From: a virus
Virus record (IMG/VR): IMGVR_UViG_3300023174_000089
Location: 50,874-114,873 of that record
Direction: 5' to 3' (one strand)
DNA: 64,000 nucleotides
Positions 1 through 7,626 of the stretch are shown piece after piece (within the stretch, counting starts at the first letter, position 1; each line of letters opens with the position of its first letter). Both the position numbers and the translations under genes were made by a program. The notes beneath the pieces are model-generated. The model searched no databases, was not told where the DNA came from, and was given only the letters and a program-made list of their open reading frames with translations.

Positions 1-6
1 AGGTCT

Positions 7-1257
7 ATGGGTTACAAAGAAAAGTTTGATCCATTAAATGTTGTTAAATTTATGACCGGGGGCTCTAAGTTTGCAACTGCTCTTTATGGTAGTATGAGTG
101 GCAGAACTCAACAAGATATACAATATTTTGCTGGTACCAAAAAAGCAAAAGAAGTTGGTGGCACCGCTACACGAATAGGTCAATTAGAATCTGATAATCA
201 AGTATTAGATGTTCTCTCCAAGATATACAGTTTGTTAAAAACGACAAATGAAAATAATACTTTGCGTATGGAGAAAGAAGGTAATACACAAGAAGAAAAA
301 GAATTAGAAAGAGAAAAAAGGCATAAAGAATTGATTGCTGCTATTACAGGCAAAAAACAAACTGGCAGCACAGCCGTGCCAACAGCAACTAAGGCTGATG
401 ATGGTTCTGGACTAATATCTACAATTTTAGGAATGGTAACGGGTTTGATTGGTGATGCAATTAAAGGTGTGATGTCTGTTATATCTGGTATTACCAGTTT
501 TATCTCAATGATTACATCAGCATTAGGTGGTGGCGGTGTTGCTAGTATTGGTAAATTATTATTTGGATTAGGAAGATTTTTAGTATTTAATCCTGTTGGT
601 ATAGCTATTGTTGCTGGTACGGGAATAGCACTAGCTATTTGGAAAATGATAAAATCTGAGCCTAGTGAAGAAGCTAAGGCTGAAGCCGCAGGAATAGAGC
701 AGGCTGAAAAAGTTGGTGGTTTTGTTGGTGTAAGAGATGAGATGGATCGCCGTAAAAAATTACCAGAGTATGATAGAACTGTTTTAGAAATAAAAGATTA
801 TGAAAAATCGTATAATGAAGGCCAAAAGTTAAACAATAAACAATTAGAAGGTTTCGCTAAACGTGGACCTGGAGCTTTAGAAGCAGTTGAAGATTATAAA
901 TCAGAGAGAGATAGAGTTCAATCAGTAATTGATTCCAGAAATCAAACTGCAACACCAGTAACACCTCCACCACAAACAACAGAACCCACAGAAAATCCAA
1001 CGATGAGTAGGCAAGATGCTGGCCCAGCACTAATGAATCAGATGAGTGATGCAGTGAGTAAGTTGAATACAGTAACAAGTGAGAATCTAGAGTTGAATTT
1101 ACCAAGCACACCAGAGGCTGTTACTACAGCACAGATAACAAACAATATGAATGTCAATTCAACAAAAGAACAGAAACCGAAAGGTTCTATACCTTCTGTA
1201 AGAAATATGGAAGATTCGTTTCAAAGAATGTTATTAAGCAGTTTACGAGTTGTATAA
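7..1257 (+). CDS. Probable virion structural protein (baseplate hub/tape-measure-like), possibly 5'-truncated by the window edge
   Basis: Only long + strand ORF; coiled-coil then Gly/Ile/Ala-rich hydrophobic segment and Pro/Thr-rich tail; followed by a terminator. Confidence 0.4.
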   Translation: MGYKEKFDPLNVVKFMTGGSKFATALYGSMSGRTQQDIQYFAGTKKAKEVGGTATRIGQLESDNQVLDVLSKIYSLLKTTNENNTLRMEKEGNTQEEKELEREKRHKELIAAITGKKQTGSTAVPTATKADDGSGLISTILGMVTGLIGDAIKGVMSVISGITSFISMITSALGGGGVASIGKLLFGLGRFLVFNPVGIAIVAGTGIALAIWKMIKSEPSEEAKAEAAGIEQAEKVGGFVGVRDEMDRRKKLPEYDRTVLEIKDYEKSYNEGQKLNNKQLEGFAKRGPGALEAVEDYKSERDRVQSVIDSRNQTATPVTPPPQTTEPTENPTMSRQDAGPALMNQMSDAVSKLNTVTSENLELNLPSTPEAVTTAQITNNMNVNSTKEQKPKGSIPSVRNMEDSFQRMLLSSLRVV

Positions 1258-1258
1258 T

Positions 1259-1290
1259 AAAAAACCCACCATAAAGGTGGGTTTCTTTTA
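1259..1290. terminator. Bidirectional intrinsic terminator between convergent genes
   Basis: aaacccacc-ataaa-ggtgggttt stem flanked by an A-run and a T-run. Confidence 0.85.
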
Positions 1291-1302
1291 AGTGAAAGAA
1301 AA

Positions 1303-1431
1303 TTACTTCTTCTTTTCTTCTTTCTTAACTTCTGCTTTTGGAGCTTCTTTCTTTGGCTCTTCTTTCTTAGGAGCTTGAGCAAAGGCGGTTACTGCAAATG
1401 CAGCTGCGAGTAGAGATACGAGATACTTCAT
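1303..1431 (-). CDS. 42-aa secreted Lys/Glu-rich protein (not in ORF track)
   Basis: MKYLVSLLAAAFAVTAFA-QAPKKEEPKKEAPKAEVKKEEKKK*; GAAAGGAAG RBS; signal peptide ending AFA. Confidence 0.8.
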   Translation of the reverse strand: MKYLVSLLAAAFAVTAFAQAPKKEEPKKEAPKAEVKKEEKKK

Positions 1432-1477
1432 TTTACTTCCTTTCAATCAAAGTTAAAAAATCACAAACAACTCATCA

Positions 1478-2362
1478 TTAATTTTCTTCGGCCAATTTAG
1501 CAAAATAAGCCATGTCATCATCATCTGCTAAATCAGGTTCAACATCAACGGCTTTCTTAGGTGCCTTTGCTTGTTCTTTAACTTGTTCAACAGTTGTTTT
1601 TGCTGCAGGTGTTTCACCATTCAATCCAAGAACTTTGTCAAGGCGTTTCTTTAGATCATCATATGATTTAAATTCTTTGTCACCAATCAACTCTTGCAAA
1701 GAGTGTTGTGATTTCCAAATTGTTTCAAGTTCAGAATCATCTGTCGAAAGAGGAGAAGCAGATTCAAATTCAGACTTATCATAATTCTGATAGCCTTCAA
1801 CTTTACGAATCTTTAGTTTAAAGTTAGCACCTTTCCATAAATCAAATGGGTTAACTGCCTGTTCATCTTCAAACTGAGGATTCATCGCCTCTGAAATCTT
1901 ATCAAAGATTTTCTTGCCATAACGGAACAAGAATACTTTGCCTTCATTCTCAGGATGTTTTGGATCAGATACAATGTAAACATTTGAAACATAGTTTAGT
2001 TTACGTTTTTGTTTGCGAACAATATCTTTATTCGCTTCGATGCCAGAATTCCATAATGTAGAATTATGTTCACAAACAGGACATTTTTCGTCCTTTGTGG
2101 TCAAACAATTATCAATCAACCAACCACCAGGACCTTGGAATCCGTGTGAGAAGATTTTGACCCATGGTAGACTATCTTCACCATCTTTTTCAGATGCGGG
2201 AAGAAAACGGATAGTGGCCATGCCATTACCTGCTTTGTCAACTTCTGGTCGCCAGTAATTATCAGGCTTTTCAGAACCTTCGGATGTTTGAGAGAGTGCC
2301 TCGATTGCTTTAGATAGTTTGTCGAGGTTGCCAGATTGGCGTTTAAGATTTGCAAAACTCAT
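1478..2362 (-). CDS. 32: Single-stranded DNA-binding protein gp32
   Basis: GNGMATIRFLPA, HGFQGPGGW, Zn-ligand NC..CPVC, NPFDLWKGANFKLKI, acidic C-terminal tail. Confidence 0.97.
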   Translation of the reverse strand: MSFANLKRQSGNLDKLSKAIEALSQTSEGSEKPDNYWRPEVDKAGNGMATIRFLPASEKDGEDSLPWVKIFSHGFQGPGGWLIDNCLTTKDEKCPVCEHNSTLWNSGIEANKDIVRKQKRKLNYVSNVYIVSDPKHPENEGKVFLFRYGKKIFDKISEAMNPQFEDEQAVNPFDLWKGANFKLKIRKVEGYQNYDKSEFESASPLSTDDSELETIWKSQHSLQELIGDKEFKSYDDLKKRLDKVLGLNGETPAAKTTVEQVKEQAKAPKKAVDVEPDLADDDDMAYFAKLAEEN

Positions 2363-2426
2363 AGTATTTCCTTTCGTATAAACGGAATATTAACGGTGTA
2401 TAAAACGACTTATCCACAAACAACTC

Positions 2427-2455
2427 ATTATATAATAGTATTTATCCAATGTCAA
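2427..2455 (-). promoter_or_regulatory. sigma70 promoter of gp32 with embedded late-promoter-like GATAAATA (2439-2446)
   Basis: TTGACA-17-TATAAT on the minus strand. Confidence 0.8.
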
Positions 2456-2940
2456 GCATACATCTTCAAAATACCAATGGTAGTTAAGGCATCCGTGTGA
2501 AGTATACCAATACCACCATCTGTTCTCCATTGATCAATGTTTTGTGAAGTGTCATCAATCAATAGATAATCTGGTCGAGCATATGTTCTTTTCAATCTTT
2601 TACCTGGTACCAGGTTAACAGGAAACTCAATGTTGTGTTTCTTTAACCAATCTATCTTCTGTTCTCTAATTTCAGCATCACGTTTCTCGGAAGATGTTGA
2701 TGATAGAATTTCAGTAGGCAGGGGTAACGACCTTAGATAGTTAATTAATGTCAAAGCATCAGGCATTAAATCCAACTTTGCAAATTCTCTATCAGCAATA
2801 AACATTGTGAAGAACTTGTCAAAAGTTTTATATGTGTCTGCGTCCCTTGGAGCAATTTTATATAATTCTTTATATCTCTTGTCAAAGTCAGCGATTACAC
2901 CGTCCATGTCAAGATATATTTTTGTAACTTTAGTATGCAT
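2452..2940 (-). CDS. HAD-family 5'(3')-deoxyribonucleotidase-like protein
   Basis: YLDMDGVIADF motif I and LIDD motif IV. Confidence 0.85.
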   Translation of the reverse strand: MHTKVTKIYLDMDGVIADFDKRYKELYKIAPRDADTYKTFDKFFTMFIADREFAKLDLMPDALTLINYLRSLPLPTEILSSTSSEKRDAEIREQKIDWLKKHNIEFPVNLVPGKRLKRTYARPDYLLIDDTSQNIDQWRTDGGIGILHTDALTTIGILKMYA

Positions 2941-3544
2941 TTTCTTTTATTTTTTCTTTCAAAATTTGTTTGAACTTATTTTTATCATAATGTAAAAATG
3001 GTTTATACTTTACACATTTCATTTTAAAATTTGGCCAAACAATGTCATCATATATTTCTTTTTCCCACATTGGAAAAAAATTCATTAAATCATCCAAAAT
3101 AACCAGTGTTTCTATCGAAATGTCACCGTGTTGAGCATATTGCATCAATTTAGGAAATTCATTTTTATTTGCAATCAATAATTCATTTGGATTATCAACA
3201 TTTTCTAACAGTTTAATTATATCATTTTCAAAGGTATAAGTCAAGCTTTGTTGCCGTTTTTGCCACTTCTTGTAATTATCTTCGGCTTCTGGACCAAGTA
3301 TATCACCAATCCATTGGACATTATCTACCAAAAAATTGGCAATATAATAATCTCGTAATTCTGTCAATCCAAATTTACGTGATAAACGATAGAATGAATA
3401 CTTGTCTTTTCTGGTAGAGAATGTGGTTTTGCTGACATTGGTTTTACCTTTATATTTGATATAATCATAACTATCTGAGGTAAAATGCAACTTCAACGCA
3501 TGAAACATTGCGAAAGCGGCAAAGCCCGAATTTTCAACTGTCAT
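2930..3544 (-). CDS. 59: Helicase loader gp59
   Basis: ALKLHFT..YDYIKY.GK, RKDKY.F, ISIETL; gp33-gp59-gp32 synteny. Confidence 0.92.
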   Translation of the reverse strand: MTVENSGFAAFAMFHALKLHFTSDSYDYIKYKGKTNVSKTTFSTRKDKYSFYRLSRKFGLTELRDYYIANFLVDNVQWIGDILGPEAEDNYKKWQKRQQSLTYTFENDIIKLLENVDNPNELLIANKNEFPKLMQYAQHGDISIETLVILDDLMNFFPMWEKEIYDDIVWPNFKMKCVKYKPFLHYDKNKFKQILKEKIKENAY

Positions 3545-3545
3545 A

Positions 3546-3767
3546 CTATAATGGTAATCTAGATGTTTTCTTCAACATATTATTGTCTTGCGCTTCTTCT
3601 TTGATTTTAGCTTTGAGCGCAGGTGAGATTAGTGTTGCTGCTACTTCAATTTCCAAACCTGTTTCTTTACAATGATGGCAGATTGCATCCATATAACCTA
3701 ACCGATGTTCTACCACCAATTCTTCAATCATCATACTAAATTTTTTTATTTCATCACGGGTGGGCAT
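3546..3767 (-). CDS. 33: Late transcription coactivator gp33
   Basis: FS..IE......YMDAI...C....E.E....LI...LK.KI..EA...N.L; adjacent to gp59. Confidence 0.9.
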   Translation of the reverse strand: MPTRDEIKKFSMMIEELVVEHRLGYMDAICHHCKETGLEIEVAATLISPALKAKIKEEAQDNNMLKKTSRLPL

Positions 3768-3769
3768 AT

Positions 3770-4312
3770 TTAAATTCTACTATAAAATATATGATTACCT
3801 ATTTTTGTTACAACCTTATTTCTATTCCAACCAGGATTTACATAAGTTGCGTGGTAATACAACGCATTTGTTTCTGCTATCTTATCATGTAAAACTGGAA
3901 CTGTCAATGCTCTTTTTGCAATTAAATGAGATTCTTCCCATCTATACCGATCATGAATGTGTACCATTTCTTTGACCATACAAGTCCATGAGAATTGGCA
4001 AACTGTTCTTAAATTTTGATCAGTTGTTTTCTGATAAACAACCGAACATATATCTTTAGGGAAAATGCCACTATTTACACGGTTCAATGTGACCTGTGCT
4101 ACGGCTAATTTACCTTCATATGTTTCGCCTGCTGATTCATAGTAAATGTTTTTAGCAAGGCATTCTACTTGTTTCTGATAATCTGCTGCAACTTGTTTTT
4201 GTGTTGCAGTTGTAACAAACTCTCTCGATAGAGTTGGTGCTGTGTATACGATTGTCAATACTGCTAATACTACTGCTAATGTGTTAAACTTCTGTGTGTT
4301 AAATTTAAACAT
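3770..4312 (-). CDS. SleB-like cell wall hydrolase (Hydrolase_2)
   Basis: CLAKNIYYES.GE...GKLAVAQVTLNRV, CQFSW, YYHATYV.P.W, IGNHIFY; N-terminal membrane anchor. Confidence 0.9.
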   Translation of the reverse strand: MFKFNTQKFNTLAVVLAVLTIVYTAPTLSREFVTTATQKQVAADYQKQVECLAKNIYYESAGETYEGKLAVAQVTLNRVNSGIFPKDICSVVYQKTTDQNLRTVCQFSWTCMVKEMVHIHDRYRWEESHLIAKRALTVPVLHDKIAETNALYYHATYVNPGWNRNKVVTKIGNHIFYSRI

Positions 4313-4365
4313 CTTTCTTCCTTATTGATTACGGCAGCCAAACATCTGACTGCCTTGGTCTCCAA

Positions 4366-4644
4366 TTACGAATTTGTTTTCGTTTTTACTTTAACTTCAG
4401 GTTGTGGAGTGGTTTGAGAAACGAATTGATTGAGAGCTTCCGCTTTCTTTACAATTTCATCTTCTGTGGGAAATGCCGGTAAGGCAGGGTAGTCAGGTGA
4501 TGTTGTACCAGCAATTTTAGCTGCATCGACCTGTGTATGCCATTGTTGCTGTAGAGAATCACGTTTGGTGTGAAAATCATCAGTTAGCATATCTTTGGCC
4601 ATTTTTAAGAGTTCTAGCCGTATCTCGTATGGTGTCATACTCAT
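4366..4644 (-). CDS. Conserved phage hypothetical protein
   Basis: TPYEIRLELLKMAKDML...FPTEDEIVKKAEALNQFVS; AGGAG RBS after a CA-rich leader. Confidence 0.7.
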   Translation of the reverse strand: MSMTPYEIRLELLKMAKDMLTDDFHTKRDSLQQQWHTQVDAAKIAGTTSPDYPALPAFPTEDEIVKKAEALNQFVSQTTPQPEVKVKTKTNS

Positions 4645-4709
4645 TTACTTCTCCTTTTGTGTGTTGTGTGTGTTATCAGCGAAATGTGTGTGCTGATACA
4701 TTATATAGG

Positions 4710-5020
4710 CCAGGTGATTCTGTTGCTAAGTTCACCTGGTGAAACTCCGCTTACCGTTTAGGCAGCAAGTGCAAACTTATTATCGTTAGCGTTTAATTTA
4801 ATTTGCTTCTTCGGCCGAGTATCTTCAACCCTAACGTCTTTAGCTTTGACGATTCTCCATTGTTCTAATTATTGCTATGTCGAATCTAGGCACCCCCATC
4901 AGAAGTATATTGCCACATTTGTGTTTGCTACCAAGAACCTGGTTCGTCAATATACTTTTGGTGGAGGTGGTGGGAATCGCACCCACGTCCACAACAACTT
5001 TGAAACAACTTCTACGAATT
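4710..5020 (-). ncRNA. ssrA: Circularly permuted (two-piece) tmRNA
   Basis: Acceptor piece ends ...CACCTCCACCA at 4959 and lies upstream of the coding piece starting GGGGGTG at 4897; acceptor stem has G3:U70; tag ANDNKFALAA* at 4790-4758; outer ends approximate. Confidence 0.92.
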
Positions 5021-5119
5021 TCCTAGAATTAATAATGTTGCCATAACTAAAGCAACACCACCAATCCAATAATTAAATCTATTTACTTTTTTTTGTTCTA
5101 CACAATCTTTACTAGGCAT
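5012..5119 (-). CDS. 35-aa small membrane protein
   Basis: MPSKDCVEQKKVNRFNYWIGGVALVMATLLILGNS*; TAATG coupling to the upstream ORF. Confidence 0.55.
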   Translation of the reverse strand: MPSKDCVEQKKVNRFNYWIGGVALVMATLLILGNS

Positions 5120-5247
5120 TACAGAATCCTTCCTAACAACCAAATGATAAAAAGAAAACTTAAACCACCAGCCAATACTTTTAGAGCCCCGATTTGTCTT
5201 GCGTTCTGCTCGGGAGTGCAGAGTTTTTTCCAATATTTGTTTTGCAT
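5119..5247 (-). CDS. 42-aa small membrane protein (not in ORF track)
   Basis: MQNKYWKKLCTPEQNARQIGALKVLAGGLSFLFIIWLLGRIL*; AGGA RBS; late-like TATAAGTA at 5271-5278. Confidence 0.6.
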   Translation of the reverse strand: MQNKYWKKLCTPEQNARQIGALKVLAGGLSFLFIIWLLGRIL

Positions 5248-5294
5248 AGTGTTCCTATTATAAGTGTTTATACTTATATAGGCAACCAGCTTAC

Positions 5295-5954
5295 TTAATA
5301 TTTACCACTTTTCTCATAATATGAAATGGCGTTGACTAGACCTGTGATGTGGTCCTCGGTCTTTTGTTTGAATACGATTGGATGGTTATTCTCAACGGCC
5401 ATAATGATTACTAGGTCGTGGATAGGTTCACCTATCAACTCCTCATACATCAACGCATAGGCGCTTGTTTGCCAAAAATAATCTTCAATATCTTCATGGC
5501 TTTTAACTTTTTTGGATGTTTTGAAATCAATTACCGAAAGCACACCATCAAATTCGGCAATACAATCTACACGACCTGCCATATTCAATTGTTTTGACCA
5601 AAGTGCCTGTTCTTGGTAATGAATGTTATTAATACGATTCAGGTGTGGTTTAATTGATAAGAACATTTCATGTGCATCAGGCATCACATTACCCAAATCT
5701 TCATTATTCAAATATCGTTCACATAGTGTATGAACATTTGTACCACGAGAAGTTGCTTTCTTGGTAATTGCATTAGCAACATCATCACCTACTTTATTAC
5801 GCCATGCTTGAAAGATGTGTTTCTTTTGAGCACCAATCACTGTAGTGACTGATGGTAATTTTGTACCATCAGGCAGTTTGTAGAATCGTCTACCATCAGG
5901 AAAAGTTTCTGATTGTAAATCTTGTAATTGTTTTGGTGGGCAGTAATTAAACAT
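5295..5954 (-). CDS. PD-(D/E)XK exonuclease (RecB/Cas4-like) of T4-like phages
   Basis: PSVTTV, RGT.VH, AGRVDCIA...VIDFKTS, Q..AY. Confidence 0.88.
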   Translation of the reverse strand: MFNYCPPKQLQDLQSETFPDGRRFYKLPDGTKLPSVTTVIGAQKKHIFQAWRNKVGDDVANAITKKATSRGTNVHTLCERYLNNEDLGNVMPDAHEMFLSIKPHLNRINNIHYQEQALWSKQLNMAGRVDCIAEFDGVLSVIDFKTSKKVKSHEDIEDYFWQTSAYALMYEELIGEPIHDLVIIMAVENNHPIVFKQKTEDHITGLVNAISYYEKSGKY

Positions 5955-6726
5955 TTTTTTTCGTCAAAAACTTTTCTTTTAATCTATCAAATAATGCTAT
6001 ATCTTCTGGTGTAAGAGTAACAGCATCTACATTTTTTCTATATTCTTTTGCTTGATTCTCAACTTGAAAGATATTCCCATAATATTTGAAATTTTTGGTG
6101 ATTTGCCTTGTGTCATAGGCATCCATAATTATATGATAACGATCTTCATCTGAATCATTTCTAATTTGGTGCCACAAATTCACCCACAGAATATAAACTG
6201 AACCATCAGCTGGCATATGTAGATTTTCACCTTGGCAGATATGCACACATTTCTTATTTGTAATTAATGGAATATGAATTCTTGCCATATAGTTATTTGT
6301 GTCTGAATCTTTATGAACCAAAGATTTTGAATGTGCCTGTAAACAAGATACCCTTGCTCGTCTAGGATAAAACCCTAATGATTCCAAATCATCCAACACT
6401 TCTTTAATATAACCAACACATCCTGCTGTTGGATTTTTATGTTCAAATCCTTCTGCGACATTCATATATTTCATGGCTTTATAATTATATTGGCCATTTG
6501 GAAAAAATACATCATTTGTTTCTTTATCATCAGAATGATAAACTTCCCAACCATCTCGCCAATCACCAGTTCTAGACAATAATGTCCAACCACCAAAGCC
6601 ATGGTATTCTAGTGTTTCAAATTCTTCACCTTGAATCTGTTGTTTACCAAGAGTGAATACATTATTCTCAACCTCTTTTCTCAATCGGTCGATATCAACT
6701 TTATAATCCAACTTTTCATACCACAT
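5947..6726 (-). CDS. Aspartyl/asparaginyl beta-hydroxylase-like 2OG-Fe(II) oxygenase (likely start MWYEK)
   Basis: HKD iron motif, RIHIPLITN, distal H in WHQIRN, R.H.I 2OG-binding strand. Confidence 0.8.
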   Translation of the reverse strand: MWYEKLDYKVDIDRLRKEVENNVFTLGKQQIQGEEFETLEYHGFGGWTLLSRTGDWRDGWEVYHSDDKETNDVFFPNGQYNYKAMKYMNVAEGFEHKNPTAGCVGYIKEVLDDLESLGFYPRRARVSCLQAHSKSLVHKDSDTNNYMARIHIPLITNKKCVHICQGENLHMPADGSVYILWVNLWHQIRNDSDEDRYHIIMDAYDTRQITKNFKYYGNIFQVENQAKEYRKNVDAVTLTPEDIALFDRLKEKFLTKKNV

Positions 6727-7289
6727 TATAAGTTTCCTGTTTCTTTTAAAATTTGACACACATCTTGATAATAATACTGTGTACCTAGAGTAATGGCAAG
6801 CCTTTCACTCAAAACATTATTTGGTTTTACTGCGTGTGGTCGTGTTACATCAAGTAACCACACTTCATTATCTTTTGCGATGAATGATTCTGTTTTTTCC
6901 AAATCGTCCTCTTGGTAGATAAATCCATTGGTTTGATTATCTATCTGATAGGTATTTGGTTGTTCATCTTTAAACTTATAAAACTGTGTTAAGCAATTTT
7001 CAGTTTTTATATAGAAGTTAATTGTTGAATTTATACCACTATCGGTGTGAGGAGGTATTGAATGGTTCACTTTCATTAAAGACATGAAGAAGTCTTTACG
7101 ACATCTTTCCGGCAAAACAGAATATATTTGTGGATGTAATAATGAATTCAAGTTTAAATATTGTATGCCTTTAAATTGGCCATCAATATTTACACCGTAA
7201 GATATTTGAACATCAAGTGGTTCATAACCAGGAACAATGAAATTGTTTTTTAATTTAACAAAACTACTTCTTTGATTTCCATTCTTCAT
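6726..7289 (-). CDS. Second 2OG-Fe(II) oxygenase-like (DSBH) protein
   Basis: IPPHTDS, INFY, WLLDVTRPHAV...R. Confidence 0.7.
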   Translation of the reverse strand: MKNGNQRSSFVKLKNNFIVPGYEPLDVQISYGVNIDGQFKGIQYLNLNSLLHPQIYSVLPERCRKDFFMSLMKVNHSIPPHTDSGINSTINFYIKTENCLTQFYKFKDEQPNTYQIDNQTNGFIYQEDDLEKTESFIAKDNEVWLLDVTRPHAVKPNNVLSERLAITLGTQYYYQDVCQILKETGNL

Positions 7290-7626
7290 ATTGTTTCACG
7301 ATTTGACATTCATAATCCCAATTAATACCTTCATGTGGATTATCCTTAGCGGCTTGCCAAGGTTTACCCAAAATATGTTCGAGAATAGGAATGCCAGGAT
7401 GTAATATTTTTTCTAATACATCAGCATAATCAGTAAACATTTGAAACAACCGCTCTTTATCGGGTTGTTGTAGATTTAAAATGTCGCTGTTCAATTGAGT
7501 ATCGAAATATTTTACGATATGTTTACGATATAACTCAATTTCTTCTTCTGTAACAATACCATCACGGTTGATGTCGGCGTCTGCTACACCATCGTTATTT
7601 AAATCAATATCTTTAATATCAGACAT
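7264..7626 (-). CDS. EF-hand-loop protein
   Basis: DLNNDGVAD and canonical 12-residue loop DINRDGIVTEEE. Confidence 0.6.
   Translation of the reverse strand: MSDIKDIDLNNDGVADADINRDGIVTEEEIELYRKHIVKYFDTQLNSDILNLQQPDKERLFQMFTDYADVLEKILHPGIPILEHILGKPWQAAKDNPHEGINWDYECQIVKQYEEWKSKK

Noticed and set aside
2410-2418. Perfect DnaA box TTATCCACA in the gp32 leader
   Set aside because: A single 9-mer is expected by chance in 64 kb of AT-rich DNA, and I saw no cluster of boxes.
4655-4700. GT/CA-rich stretch as a microsatellite or array
   Set aside because: Short and imperfect; better read as an unstructured CA-rich leader plus a small hairpin before a strong RBS.
5012-5233. Listed 73-aa ORF
   Set aside because: Better explained by two coupled ORFs (5119-5247 and 5012-5119), each with an RBS.
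5295-5954. Cas4-like nuclease suggesting a CRISPR locus
   Set aside because: No repeat-spacer array or other cas genes seen; this exonuclease is common in T4-like phages.
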